Source: Chromera velia (lineage: Eukaryota). From it: a stretch of DNA of 64,000 nt. The stretch spans positions 1 to 64,000 of the forward strand of contig JAHBMJ010000024.1 in assembly GCA_018398765.1 (NCBI GenBank). The letters are read 5' to 3'. The notes under the pieces were generated by a model. The model was not told the origin of the DNA, searched no databases, and was given only the letters and a program-made list of their open reading frames with translations. This document shows, piece by piece, positions 12,459 through 24,474 of the stretch. Numbering within the stretch: position 1 is the stretch's first letter; each line of letters starts with the position of its first letter. Made by a program: the position numbers and the translations under genes.

Positions 12459-15226
12459 CTTTTGCTTTCAACAGAGTACCGTCTATACGTACCGATACAA
12501 GGAAGTGAGACGTGCAGGTGTTGTCAGAACGCATGCAGGTCTCAGAAAGTCACTTGCATAGACGAAACGTGTTATGCGGCTTCCGGGGCTGCACTGTTCA
12601 CCTTGCATCAAACGGAGATAAGCAGAAGAAGGGACCTCATTTGGTTCATGCATTCATGTTCATGCCATGCACGTTCAATTAACAACAGTCTGCGAATGCA
12701 TGGCATGTGCCAACTTGAACCTGACATGCACTGCCTGACAGTTAATTACTCCGTGCGAGCTCTCTATGAGCTCTCGGCATGTAGAGTCGATCACATACAT
12801 GAAGCGCAACAAAAAGACGATTCGATTATATTAAGTGCCCCACACCTGTATCCGGGGCCACTTTGCTGGTACTCCCCTCCCTTTTTGTTGCACTGTTGCA
12901 ATGATCGTGCATGTTGCACCGTAACTTGCACGGAAAGAAACCAATCTGTAGTCACATCCCGCCAGTATGCTCTGCGTTCTTAAGAGGGAACGGAGTGAAC
13001 CGTTCTTTTCTGCAATCGAACCGACCCAGCGAATTTGTCATGTTGCGCTTTCCCCGATACATATATACACTCGACGCAACACGTTTCAGGGAGCTTGCAA
13101 AAGAAACGTCTCCAACTTTGACGAAGAAAACAAGGTCCAGGCAAACGAAATTTGGCTGAAGTTTTGCTTATGTGCACAAAAAGAATTGAGACTGCCCCTT
13201 CTCTCACAGGTGACGGCAGTGGGCGCTTGTCCCTTTTCTTTGAAGTGAGAGGGGAGCAGAGAACTTTGTCGCAGGAGTCAGGTCAAGGTCAGTCACAACC
13301 TGAGCGATTCCTTTGAACACACGGAATTACTTCCCTTGAAACGAGCGACTGTGATGATAGGTTTTCACACAGCATAAATGGCAGATGCGAATCAACAAGA
13401 GCTACAACATTCCGGACTTCAGCGAAAGACGCAGCCGAACCCCAGGAGCATTCGTACCGACGACTTTCATGCAGAATTTCCAGATCAATTGCGGCATTCA
13501 TACACAATCTCTCTGGAGTGGAAGCCAACGTGTTCTTCGTTCGATCTCTGTCACTAGACTGGGAGCTCTGTGACGCGTAAACTATTACCCCAAGCGAGAC
13601 AGACTGTGTGCTAGGTGGATGCGGGTGCATGGAAATGCTGCAAGACAATGACGAAACAAAGCAGATGATAAAAGCGCTGGTGTACGTAACTGTGTGTGCA
13701 ATTTCAGTGTTGTCGAGACTGGCAGGTTTCAGTGTTGTCGAGACTGGCAGGTCAGAGCACAAAAGCAAGACGCACGAAGGAACTCAACGAAGCGAGGTTG
13801 TGAGAGAAGAAACACAGAGTGATGGTGAAGATGGTGAAACGGGAGGAGAATGAGGTTTCACAAAGGCGCAGGATCAAGGAGGGGAATTTCATTGGACTGC
13901 TTTCTCTCTCTCTCTCTCTCTGCGTGTATGTGTGTGTATGTGTAAATGTGCGAGTGCATAGCTGCATCTGTGCGTGTGTGTGGGGGGGGGTCTTTGCGTG
14001 TGTGTGCGTCTCTCTCTCCCTATCTCTCTCCCTCTCTCTCTCTTTGTGTGTATGTGTGTGTGTGTGTGCGTGTGTGCGTGCGTCCATGCGTCCATGCGAG
14101 ATTGAGTCCAATGAGTCCAATGAGTGTGTTATTGAGCGAGATTGAGTATTTATCCTATGCAATGTGATCGGTGTATCTTTGTATATGGGCTCCAGATGAC
14201 ACTAAATAAACTACCAAAAAAAGTGCTCATGAACTGCCCTTTGTCCATTAGGTGTATGAGATTCAGTTTGCACTCTGAGTTTTCCCATCTATGAAAAACC
14301 TGAATAAGCAAGTGCCGAGCTTTGTATTTGTTGTCATGCAGGCGAACTTCCGTCAAATTTGGAGGTCGACGAATAAATTAAGCTTAATACACGTACTATG
14401 AAGGAATTAATGACTAAATGGATCAGTATGTGAATAGTTGGATGATTAATGATGATTAGACAAATTTGGGAAGCAAAATCGAAGTCAAACGTAGAGCCAT
14501 ACTCTGCTACTTTAACAAATAAGTTTGTACACATATAAATATAAAACATCAGAAATTCGTTTTCATTGGTAAAATAAAATATAAATCAGAGAATAATTGT
14601 AAGGATTTTTGACATGAATTGTACTGAATTATATTTGTATTGTATTTTATTGTTGCAGAATAATTAATTCACGTTTAAGACTTACAGCTAGACTTACAGG
14701 CTCAGAGTTTGTGTTTACCGGATAATAAAACGTTATACTAGCTTATCATTTTAATTGAATTTTTTTCTCTAAACAAGTTTTAAATTGAAATATTGAATTC
14801 ATAAGCACTTTTAATTAATTTTTAAACTAATCATTCTTATAGAAGTAAACGGTCTGAACTACATACCACTATGACTTAAAAAGTGAGTTTACAACAGAGA
14901 TATATTGTACTGTCTGTACAAGTATGATCAAGTATGTTGAATACCATGTTCATTTTTTTTTTGTAATGTGACTGAACTTGAAAAGCATTAAATGAACTCA
15001 TTTGAATATATATTGTCAACGCGTGGGCCTCAGGGAATGCCGGATGCCAACTACTCCTGCTTATGCCAAAAATCCCGGAGCTTATTTTAGGAATGGACTC
15101 CGACCTTCCCGGGCCTCGCGGGCCTCCCTCCCGCTCTTCATACATGGGAGGGCAGAACGAAGAGGGGGAGGCACCCGAGCCCCCATACGAAAACCAGAGA
15201 AAGCTTTTAAAATCTTTCAGCATTCT

Positions 15227-16756
15227 TTACAGCTCGTCGCGAATTGTGCTGGAGTGAAACATGTCGCCGTGGCGGGACGTGTCTTTGGGGAAGAGTGGGT
15301 GCTCCACAACCGACCGCATCGCATCTTCAATGAACCTCACAGCCGCATCCACATCAACCTTGTAGTCGCGAAACTTTCTACTGCCCCGAGAACTCTCAGC
15401 CACTTCCACTTGCGGCTCAAAGGCTTCCACGTCCTCGCTTTTGCCGCTGTAGTATTCGAGACCGGAGAGGCGCGCCAGGTCGCTGTAACACAGGTCCTCA
15501 CAGTCGAAGACCTCAACAACGCTGCCCCAACGCGGCAGAAACAACATGTGGGTCAAACCCGCTCCATGCATCCCCACCAGCACGTCTGCACTCATCACGC
15601 TCTCGGCTTGATTCACGAAGGGGACCCGTGCACTCACATCAAAATCTGCGATATCAATTTGCACGCGTGACGCTGGGTATTTGTTTCTGACAGCCTGCAC
15701 GACGTCGCCCTCATTCAACAGCTTCCGCGTCCCACTGGTGGTGCCTGTGCCCCCACTGCGGGACAGAACAAGAACCTTGATGGGGACATCACTGGGTGGT
15801 GACCGAGCTTGCAATGCAGGTGCGAACTTCCAAAGTACGGGGTTGCCTCTGGTGATAAATTCAAGGAAGCTACGGAAGAAACCGCTGTGACGACAAGTGA
15901 TGTCGTACTTGGCTTTTTCGGTCCCAGAGACCCCCACCGGTGCAAGACGTCCCGGCACAGCCATGCTGAAGAAGAAGTTGGGCACACTCCCGCGGGGGTT
16001 CATGCTCAACGCCATTTCATCGTAACACACGCGCTTTCCCTTCAACTCGCCCACCGACATGACAGGCGCGTTGGGTGAGAAGCTCTTGAAGAGGTCCAGA
16101 TAAGAGGAGCGAAAGTTTCTGGCCAAGTCGCTCCACATACGGATCTCCAAGTCGACAAAGCTGTGCTGCACTCCAAAGGTGAAGTCTTCACGCTCCACTG
16201 CGTCGATATGCACCCAGTCTAGGAGGTGCAGAGTCAGATACAAGTTTGCAAAGTCGCACATGGCGTGGTAGAAGTTCGCGTGCGAGTCTGGTTTCAGGAA
16301 GATGGTCTTTGCTGTCACATGAAAGTCGCACTGTTCTTCCATAGGCACCCCGTCCCTCATCGGGGTCACCCAGCTCTGCTCATCTCCCCACCGCCTCCGA
16401 GTTCCTGAAGTGATCTTCTCGTTCGGTACCGTCAACACGACCCGCTTCCCATGGCAGGCTACAAAGTCCTCTCCACTGCACGCAAATGTGCTTTCCGCGT
16501 CCTGAAACACCCAGTGCAATGAGTCGCGGTACGTGCGCACCACGCCGAAGTCGGCCCCAGACCAAAATGCGTCTTCCTTCTGACGCGTGGGCTCCAAGCG
16601 GGTGGGGTTCTCCACGAGTGAACAACTTTCAAACGCTCGGTTCTCCTGGTCAAAGTAAGGGTACCATTTGTATCCAAAGGAGTCCATTTTCGCAGTTATA
16701 GTGGTGATGACACTCGGTGTACAGAGAAGTGCGAGAGCATGCGTCGAGCGAGGCAT
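15227..16756 (-). CDS. EOGT: EGF-domain-specific O-GlcNAc transferase-like protein (GT61), intronless, ~509 aa, ER-retention signal RDEL
   Basis: EOGT-type motifs: FWSGADFG, NFYHAMCDFANLYLTLH, GKRVCY...PR, CRHSGFFRSF, DVLVGMHGAGLTHMLFLPRWGSVVEVFDCEDLCYSDLARLSG, KFRDYKVDV. The protein ends RDEL*. First in-frame ATG is at 16756; the true start is not certain. Confidence 0.88.
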   Translation of the reverse strand: MPRSTHALALLCTPSVITTITAKMDSFGYKWYPYFDQENRAFESCSLVENPTRLEPTRQKEDAFWSGADFGVVRTYRDSLHWVFQDAESTFACSGEDFVACHGKRVVLTVPNEKITSGTRRRWGDEQSWVTPMRDGVPMEEQCDFHVTAKTIFLKPDSHANFYHAMCDFANLYLTLHLLDWVHIDAVEREDFTFGVQHSFVDLEIRMWSDLARNFRSSYLDLFKSFSPNAPVMSVGELKGKRVCYDEMALSMNPRGSVPNFFFSMAVPGRLAPVGVSGTEKAKYDITCRHSGFFRSFLEFITRGNPVLWKFAPALQARSPPSDVPIKVLVLSRSGGTGTTSGTRKLLNEGDVVQAVRNKYPASRVQIDIADFDVSARVPFVNQAESVMSADVLVGMHGAGLTHMLFLPRWGSVVEVFDCEDLCYSDLARLSGLEYYSGKSEDVEAFEPQVEVAESSRGSRKFRDYKVDVDAAVRFIEDAMRSVVEHPLFPKDTSRHGDMFHSSTIRDEL

Positions 16757-17653
16757 GAATGCCAAATCAGACAATTGACGGAATCCAATCGCAAAGGTGT
16801 CGGGAACACATGAAGTCAGGAGGTCTACAAAGACAAGCAGGCAGCAAGATCAGCGAGCCCAGCGTTTCCGCAAACTCAATTTGATGTGTGGAAAGACATT
16901 GTCAGATGGAGCAAAAATCGTACACTTAGTGAGTCTTCAAGACAGAATCCATACAGATGGGACTCAGACACCGCTTTCATGCAGTCAGTTAGCAGGGACG
17001 TCAGTCCGGCGTCCGCTGAGTCAAGAACAATGATTGAGGGTCTCAGTCAAGAAAAGGAATTCTTTGCATGGGCCCCGCGATTCTCATATGGCTCTCATTC
17101 TCTCGCGCTCTCAGTTTGTCCCATCAGAGACTGACGCGGACTTACTTCAAAATTATTAATAAAATTATTTTCAAAAATAATACCGACTCATATAATTGAC
17201 AATTCTTTAAATTTAACCTGCATTTCCATTGAGGGACAAACTCGGCATCAATGAGAATATTCTTCACATAGGATATCATAGGATATCAAAGGGCCCCGGC
17301 ATGGCCCCAATTGGGCAATTGCGCGCGTAGACGGCCGGTTCAACGATTGCACGCGGTCATTGAACATGTACAGTGACTGCCACATTCTCCTGCATGACAC
17401 GGGGTCACGGTCTGTACACCTAGGTATTGCCAAGGTCAATACACAATCTGAAGCATCCAGCCGCCTCCATTAAGAAGAAGGAGTGAAGTCAAACGCGTCT
17501 TCTTAAGCTGTTCCTCGAACTCGATTCTGGTCCACTGTTGTCCACGCAGCGGGGTGTTGTGCGAACACAATTTAGAGACTGCGCAAGCAGGCCATACAGG
17601 TCCTCACACCGGCTCCGATATCAAGAAAGCTGACGAAGAGTGTTTCAGAGCCT
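16757..17653. promoter_or_regulatory. Putative bidirectional promoter shared by the EOGT-like and EGF-repeat genes
   Basis: 897 bp between divergent start codons, with an AT-rich tract (17150-17225), a GC element GGGCCCCGGCATGGCCCCAATTGGGCAATTGCGCGCG (~17291-17327) and TGCATG sites. Confidence 0.5.
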
Positions 17654-18032
17654 ATGAAAATCATGTTTTCGAGCACTGCACAGTTTCTTGCCGTTGTGCT
17701 CCTCTTTGCGTCAACGTCTCCTTCACACGGGCAAGGTCAGTCAATCGAGCAGGCCCCTGGGAACTTGACAATGCAATTGCAGGGTCCGACGTCTTGGCCA
17801 TTATTTTCATTCATGTTTGCTGAATGGAGAAAGCAGAAGAGTGCGAGCCGCTCCAATTTGTACAAGGTCAACGCGTGGGCTGTGCATGTCCGCTATGTAG
17901 TCCTACGATGCCCTACGATGCTTGCGTGTGTCCTGTGCTCGTTTTCGTTCCACGTTATTGCTCCGTCCGTCACATCGAGAGTGCATGAGTGAGTGTTTGG
18001 GTGAGTGGATGGGCCATGCAGTCCCTCCTTCT

Positions 18033-18063
<31 letters not shown>

Positions 18064-21000
18064 CCTGTGCCTGTGCCGGCCTCTTTAATTCTTCCATGCT
18101 GACCGTCATGCAGTCGTTTCTCGTGCATGATGTAGTGGTGACATCTGTCATTGCAGAATGCACCCCCAGCCCGTGCGACCCCAATGCGGAGTGCACAGAA
18201 TTGAATCCCGGTTTTATGTGCATGTGCAATGAGGGCTTCACTGGAGCCGGGGAAACATGCTTCGGTGAGTGTTCCCCCCCCCCTCCCCATTCTTGCTCCC
18301 TGTCTGCCTGTGACACTGCTGTTCTGGTCTTTGGGTCGATTGCTGGGCGGGAGGGTCTCTTCTGCTGTTCCGTCTCAAGGCGCTTCCATAGGTATTTTCA
18401 GCTGCTTGTTTCTTCGTTTGGAGCTGTAAAGCAAAGCATCAATGCCGGTTTGGCTTCTTGCAGACATTCTCGAGTGTCTAGCCACTCCGTGCGACCCCAA
18501 TGCTGAGTGCACAGAACTCCCCGGATCCTTTGAGTGCATGTGCAATGAGGGCTTCGCTGGAGACGGGCAAATCTGCGACGGTGAGTGTTCCCCCCCCCCT
18601 CCCCATTCTTTGTCCCTGTCTGCCTGTGACACTGCTGTTCTGGTCTTTGGGTCGATTGCTGGGCGGGAGGGTCTCTTCTGCTGTTCCGTCTCAAGGCGCT
18701 TCCATAGGTGTTTTCAGCTGGTTGTTTCCTCGTTTGGAGCTGTAAAGCAAAGCGTCAATGTCGGTTTCCCTTTTTGCAGACATCGACGAGTGTGAAGACA
18801 GTCCGTGCGACTCCAACGCTCAGTGCACAAACACCCCCGGATCCTTTGAGTGCATGTGCCTTGAGGGGTTTACTGGAGACGGCGTGACATGCACTGGTCA
18901 GTGTCTTTCTCGCCTTTCTTGATCGCCTACTGCTCTTTCCATGAGTGGGGGGATGGGTGGGAAGTTGCTTTGTCTGTTCTGTCTGAGGGTCTTCGTGGTT
19001 CGCTCTTCGACGAGTACTCGATCGAGTTTGACTGTTGTAATGTCCCCTCCTGCAGACATCAACGAGTGCAACGCTGAGCCTGGACCATGCGCTGCCAACG
19101 CTCAGTGCATAAACACTCCCGGATCCTTCACGTGCATGTGCAACGAGGGATTTACCGGAAACCCTTTGGACGTGTGCATGGGTGAGTGCCTGCCTGTCTT
19201 CAGCCGAGTGCTCTCCATTTGCCTGCCTGTCTGCCTGTCTGCCTGTCTGCCTGTCTGCCTGTCTGCCTGTCTGCCTGTCTGCCTGTCTGCCTGTCTGCCT
19301 GTCTGTCTGTCTGTCTGTCTGCCTGCCTGCCTACCTGTCTGCCTGACTGCCTGCCTGCCTACCTGTCTGCCTGCCTGCCTGCCTGCCTGCCCGTCTGCTT
19401 GTTGCCTGCCTTGCCAGCTTCCCCGGCTGTATTCGTTAATGAATGAACTGTCGGTTGGTTATTCACTCGGGCGGCTGGTGAGTATGTGGGTGGGTCGGTT
19501 GGGCTGTTTGAATACATTTGAATCGATGAGGGTGACGTTCCCTCCTGCAGATATAGACGAGTGCACTTATTATGTGTTTATTTATTTAATTATTTATTCA
19601 TTTACTTATTCTGTATTCTGTTTTTATGTTCGAATCGATGAGGGTGACGTTCCCTCCCGCAGAAATAGACGAGTGCACTTATTATGTGTTTATTTATTGA
19701 TTTATTCTGTATTTTGTTTTCATGTTCGCATCGATGAGGGTGACGTTCCCTCCTGCAGATATAGACGAGTGCAGCGACATCCCCAATCTGTGCGATGACA
19801 ATGCTTCGTGCACAAACACCGAGGGAGACTTCATCTGCGACTGCGATGAGGGGTTCGTTGGAGACGGCTTCAATTGCGGTGGGTTGGCATATGCATTTAT
19901 TTTCGTATATCCATTTATTCTGTGTGAACAAGAATTCTGTATGAATATAAATGCATGCGACGAGGGATTCGTTGGAGACGGCTTCACGTGCGGTGGGTTG
20001 GCGTGGGTGGGTGGGAGGGTGGACGGATCGGTGCATGGGTAGGTTCGCTCTGTCCCTGACTGCCTGTTTTTACCATCTGTCAGGGTCTTTCAATCTCATC
20101 GCTGCGCTGCAGAGCAATTGTGAAGCAAGCTTGCTTGGTTGGGCCCGTTGCCTGCCCTCTTGCAGGCCCGGACTTGTGCTCTCCCGATCCATGTACTGCC
20201 GTGATTGCATTTACTTTCATACAGAATTCATCCACAAATAGTTGTGTGAAAGTAAATGCAGACCCGGACTTGTGCTCTCCCGATCCATGTGCTGACGATG
20301 CGGAGTGCATGAACACTGAGGGAACCTTCGTCTGCGTGTGCAATGAGGGATTCACTGGAGATGGAGTGACCTCGTGCATCGGTGAGTGTTTCTCCCACCT
20401 TCCTTGTTCCCTTCCTACCGGCCTGCCTGCCAGTCTGCTCTACGGGTTGCTGCGTTACTGCGTGGGTGGGTGGGCTCTATTCTTTCTCTCTATTGACTTT
20501 TTCTTTTAGTCTGTGGAAGCTGCAGAGCGAAGCGACTATGCGGATACCTGTTTCTGCAGACATCAACGAGTGCGGAGACAGTCCGTGCGATCCCAACGCT
20601 GAGTGCACAAACACCCCCGGATCTTTCACGTGCATGTGCAATGAGGGATTTACTGGAGACGGCGTGACATGCACTGGTCAGTGTCTTTCTTAACTTACTT
20701 GATCGCCTACTACTCTTTCCGTGGGTGGATGAGTGGGTGGGTAGGTGGGTGGGTGGGTGGATGGGTTGGCTATCGGTTGGTCTTTTCTTTCTCAGCCTCT
20801 TTGTGCGGCTCCTTTTTTCCAGTCGTCTCTCAACTTGCAGCATGTCGCTTCTTAAGCTGCCCGTCTGCCTGTCTGCCTGCCTGCCTGCTTGCTTGCTTGC
20901 CTGCCTGCCTGCCTGCCTGCCTGTCTGCCTGCCTGCCTGCTTGCCTGCCTGCCTGCCTGCCTGCTTGCCTGCCTGCCTGCCTTGCTGAGTCTCTTTTTGA

Positions 21001-22689
21001 CTGCGCTGTCTGCTCGTGACCTACTCATTCGGCCGGTGGATAAGTGGGCGGCTGGGTCAAATGGGTCGGTTTGGCTGTTTCATGGATTGAAATAGATTAT
21101 GGTGACGTTGCCTCTTGCAGACATCAACGAGTGCGGAGACAGTCCGTGCGACCCCAACGCTGAGTGCACAAACACCCCCGGATCCTTCACGTGCATGTGC
21201 AATGAGGGCTTCACTGGAGACGGCGTGACATGCACTGGTCAGTGTCTTTGTCAACTTCCTTTATCGCCTACTACTCTTTCCGTGGGTGGGTGGGTGGGTA
21301 GGTGGATGGGTTGGCTATCGGTTGGTCTTTTCCCTCTCAGGCTCTTTGTGCGGCTCCCTTTTTCCAGTCGTCTCTCATGTCGCTTCTTAAGCTGCCTGTC
21401 TGGCTGCCTGCTTGCCTGCCTGCCTGCCTGCTTGCCTGCCTGCCTGCCTTGCTGAGTCTCTTTTTGACTGCGCTGTCTGCTTGTGACCTACTCACTCGGC
21501 CGGTGGATAAGTGGGCGGCTGGATCGATTGGGTCGGTTTGGCTGTTTCATGGATTGAAATAGATTATGGTGACGTTGCCTCTTGCAGACATCGACGAGTG
21601 CGAAGACAGTCCGTGCGACCCCAACGCTGACTGCACAAACACCCCCGGATCCTTCACGTGCATGTGCAACGAGGGATTCACTGGAGACGGCGTGACATGC
21701 ACTGGTTAGTGTCTTTCTCGAGTTACTTGATCACCTACTGCTCTTTCCGTGGGTGCGGGGATGGGTGGATTGGGTCGGTTTGGTTGTTTCATGCACCGAA
21801 ATAGATTATGGTGACGTTGTCTATCTTGCAGATATCGACGAGTGTGAAGACAGTCCGTGCGACCCCAACGCTGAGTGCACAAACAGCCCCGGATCCTTCA
21901 CGTGCATGTGCAACGAGGGATTCACTGGAGACGGAGTGACATGCACTGGTCAGTGTCTTTCTCGCCTTTCTTGATCGCCTACTGCTCTTTCCGTGGGTGC
22001 GGGGATGGGTGGATTGGGTCGGTTTGGTTGTTTCATGCACTGAAGTAGATTATGGTGACGTTGTCTATCTTGCAGACATCGACGAGTGTCTAGCCACTCC
22101 GTGCGACCCCAACGCTCAGTGCACAAACACACCCGGATCCTTCACGTGCATGTGCAACAAGGGATTCACTGGAGACGGCTTCACGTGCGGTGGGTTGGCG
22201 CGGGAGGGGAAAATCTTCTGTTGCTGTGTGTCTCTTTCTAGCTTCGACCAGAGATCTCTCATCAGAATTGCTTCTGTTGATTCCTTTAATTCGTGCAGAA
22301 GTTATCAATTACTTCGATGATCCGTGTGATGACAATGCTCAGTGCACAAACACTCCAAATCCTTTGTGTGCACGTGCAGTGAAAGGTTCACTGCAGATGG
22401 GATTGCGTGCACCTTGCTATCCTCTTGCCCGACTGCATCTTGAGTTGCTCTCTGCAAGTCCGCCGTCGTCCTCCATAGAGCTCTGTCCTCCTGTTCTTCG
22501 CATGTGAAAAACCTTTTGAACGTGTCTGTCCCAAGAAGCCGAGTTCTGGGCATTTTATGATCTCATTCACGCATCTTCTCCCCTGACCACTGCGGCTTGT
22601 GTGCTGGCCGCGTCAATGCAGAGAGGAACAAAGGGGCCAAGCAGGATGAAGGGAAGAAGTACGACTTCGGCAAACTGGACGGTCAGTAG
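17654..22689 (+). CDS. Secreted calcium-binding EGF-repeat protein (signal peptide + 11 EGF repeats, one per phase-1 exon)
   Basis: Signal exon 17654-17735 ([26 protein letters not shown]). EGF exons at 18157-18264, 18464-18580, 18780-18896, 19056-19181, 19759-19878, 20262-20381, 20560-20676, 21121-21237, 21588-21704, 21832-21948 and 22076-22189, all bounded by GCAG|...|GT. Consensus DIDEC...[31 protein letters not shown] probable terminal exon lies at 22622-22689, but the 3' end is uncertain. Confidence 0.9.
22299..22413 (+). pseudogene. Decayed 12th EGF pseudo-exon
   Basis: After tgcag| it reads [20 protein letters not shown], then shifts frame to [18 protein letters not shown]. The first Cys and the GT donor are lost. 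Confidence 0.75.
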
Positions 22690-22824
22690 AGTAAAGATGG
22701 CTTGAAACAGCTCGATGAACAAGGCTCTTTCTCGGGCTGTGTGGTGACGATCTCCACTGCTTCCTCATTTCGTGTCGCAGAAGTTCCCACTTCGTTTGTT
22801 CGCCGTTGGATGTCTACCAAACCT

Positions 22825-23093
22825 GCATAATTTCTCTTTGTCTATTGTTCTTCAGGCCTGCTTAATTTATTTTTGTCTAGTATCCTGTGTCTATCGTTCT
22901 TCAGGCCTGCTTAATTTATTTTTGTCTAGTGTCCTTCAGGCCTTTTTAATTTCTTTTTGTCTATCGTCCTTCTGAGAATCAGGCCTGCTTAATTTCTTTT
23001 TGTCTAGTGTCCTTCAGGCCTGCTTATTTTCTTTTTGTCTATTGCCCTTCAGGCCTGCTGAATTTCTTTTTGTCTATTGTCTTCAGGCCTGCT
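22825..23093. repeat. ~35-bp minisatellite, ~7 copies
   Basis: Recurring TTCAGGCCTGCTTAATTT(A/C)TTTTTGTCTA. Confidence 0.9.
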
Positions 23094-24474
23094 TGGCGGT
23101 CTCGGCAACTTGACGAAGAAGGGTCTATTCCCTGAGTTCGGGGGTGACTCAGGCTCAGAGAAGAAAAGTTTCAAGCTGTCCGATCTCAAATTCGATCTTC
23201 CATCGTTGGACCAGCTTTTCCAAAAGGACTAAGCTGGAACGACTCGGATGTAAAGAGGCCAAAATATTGTTTCCAGTCCCTTCCGCTTCTTTTCATCAGA
23301 GCGGCTTCTATGAATGATAAAAGTGGTATCGTATTCTTCCTGTCTTTTACAAGAGCGTTAATAGCAAAAATGTCTGACTCATGATTGTGGCTGCAAATGT
23401 TTTGACTGCCAGGATTTGATAGACTTTGCAAGGAGTCGGCAGACTCGCAACAATCTCTTGATGCATTCTATAAAAGCTTAACACTGTGTGAACATCCTAC
23501 TAAAAGCTCTTGATTCTACTTTTTTGTGTTTTCAATGCCAGTTTCAATATAAACAAGCACAAACTGTTGTTAAAAGGGAAATATGAAACGCAGAAACTTC
23601 GATTATCGTTCGGTGTTTTATTTAGTATCTTTTATTTAGCATTTTTTAAGTGTTATTTACTTTTAATATGATCATCATTATGACTGTCAACTGGTCTTTG
23701 CCATTATTATTGAAGCACAAGGCCAATCGTCATCATTCTCATCATCATAATATGCCATTGCCGTCGGCCCATACTAAGCGTCTAGCGTTTGGCAGGTCAC
23801 AATATGCAAGACATTTGAACGCAGATTGTTATCATCTAGATGAAAATCCGATCAAAATTGTTTCCTATCTTTACCTATCCTATTTTGTTTTATTATTTTT
23901 ATGTCTTTTATGGAGTGTTACACCTGGTGACCTAGTGTTACACTCTCGAGGTCCTGTGTAGGATAGTGTAGGATGAATGCGCACTTGAGTCAGCACTTGA
24001 ATGAAAAGTGAGAACAGTCATGTACGAATCAGTACGAATGAAGGTGTGCAGGCGCATCAAAGCCCGCCTCCAGCGTGTGTATCTGGGATTATCCAGGGCG
24101 GTCCGCATTACCTAGGAAAAGCGCGGGCCCGCGGGGGNNNNNNNNNNNNNNNNNNNNNNNNNNNNNNNNNNNNNNNNNNNNNNNNNNNNNNNNNNNNNNN
24201 NNNNNNNNNNNNNNNNNNNNNNNNNNNNNNNNNNNNNNNNNNNNNNNNNNNNNNNNNNNNNNNNNNNNNNNNNNNNNNNNNNNNNNNNNNNNNNNNNNNN
24301 NNNNNNNNNNNNNNNNNNNNNNNNNNNNNNNNNNNNNNNNNNNNNNNNNNNNNNNNNNNNNNNNNNNNNNNNNNNNNNNNNNNNNNNNNNNNNNNNNNNN
24401 NNNNNNNNNNNNNNNNNNNNNNNNNNNNNNNNNNNNNNNNNNNNNNNNNNNNNNNNNNNNNNNNNNNNNNNNNN

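Noticed and set aside
12900..13850. Short overlapping ORFs between the GT14-like gene and EOGT
   Set aside because: No motif or consistent splice model.
23186..23431. Minus-strand ORF (DWKQYFGLF) as the missing calpain terminal exon
   Set aside because: Only a vague resemblance, no FWM motif, no convincing acceptor, and 12 kb away.
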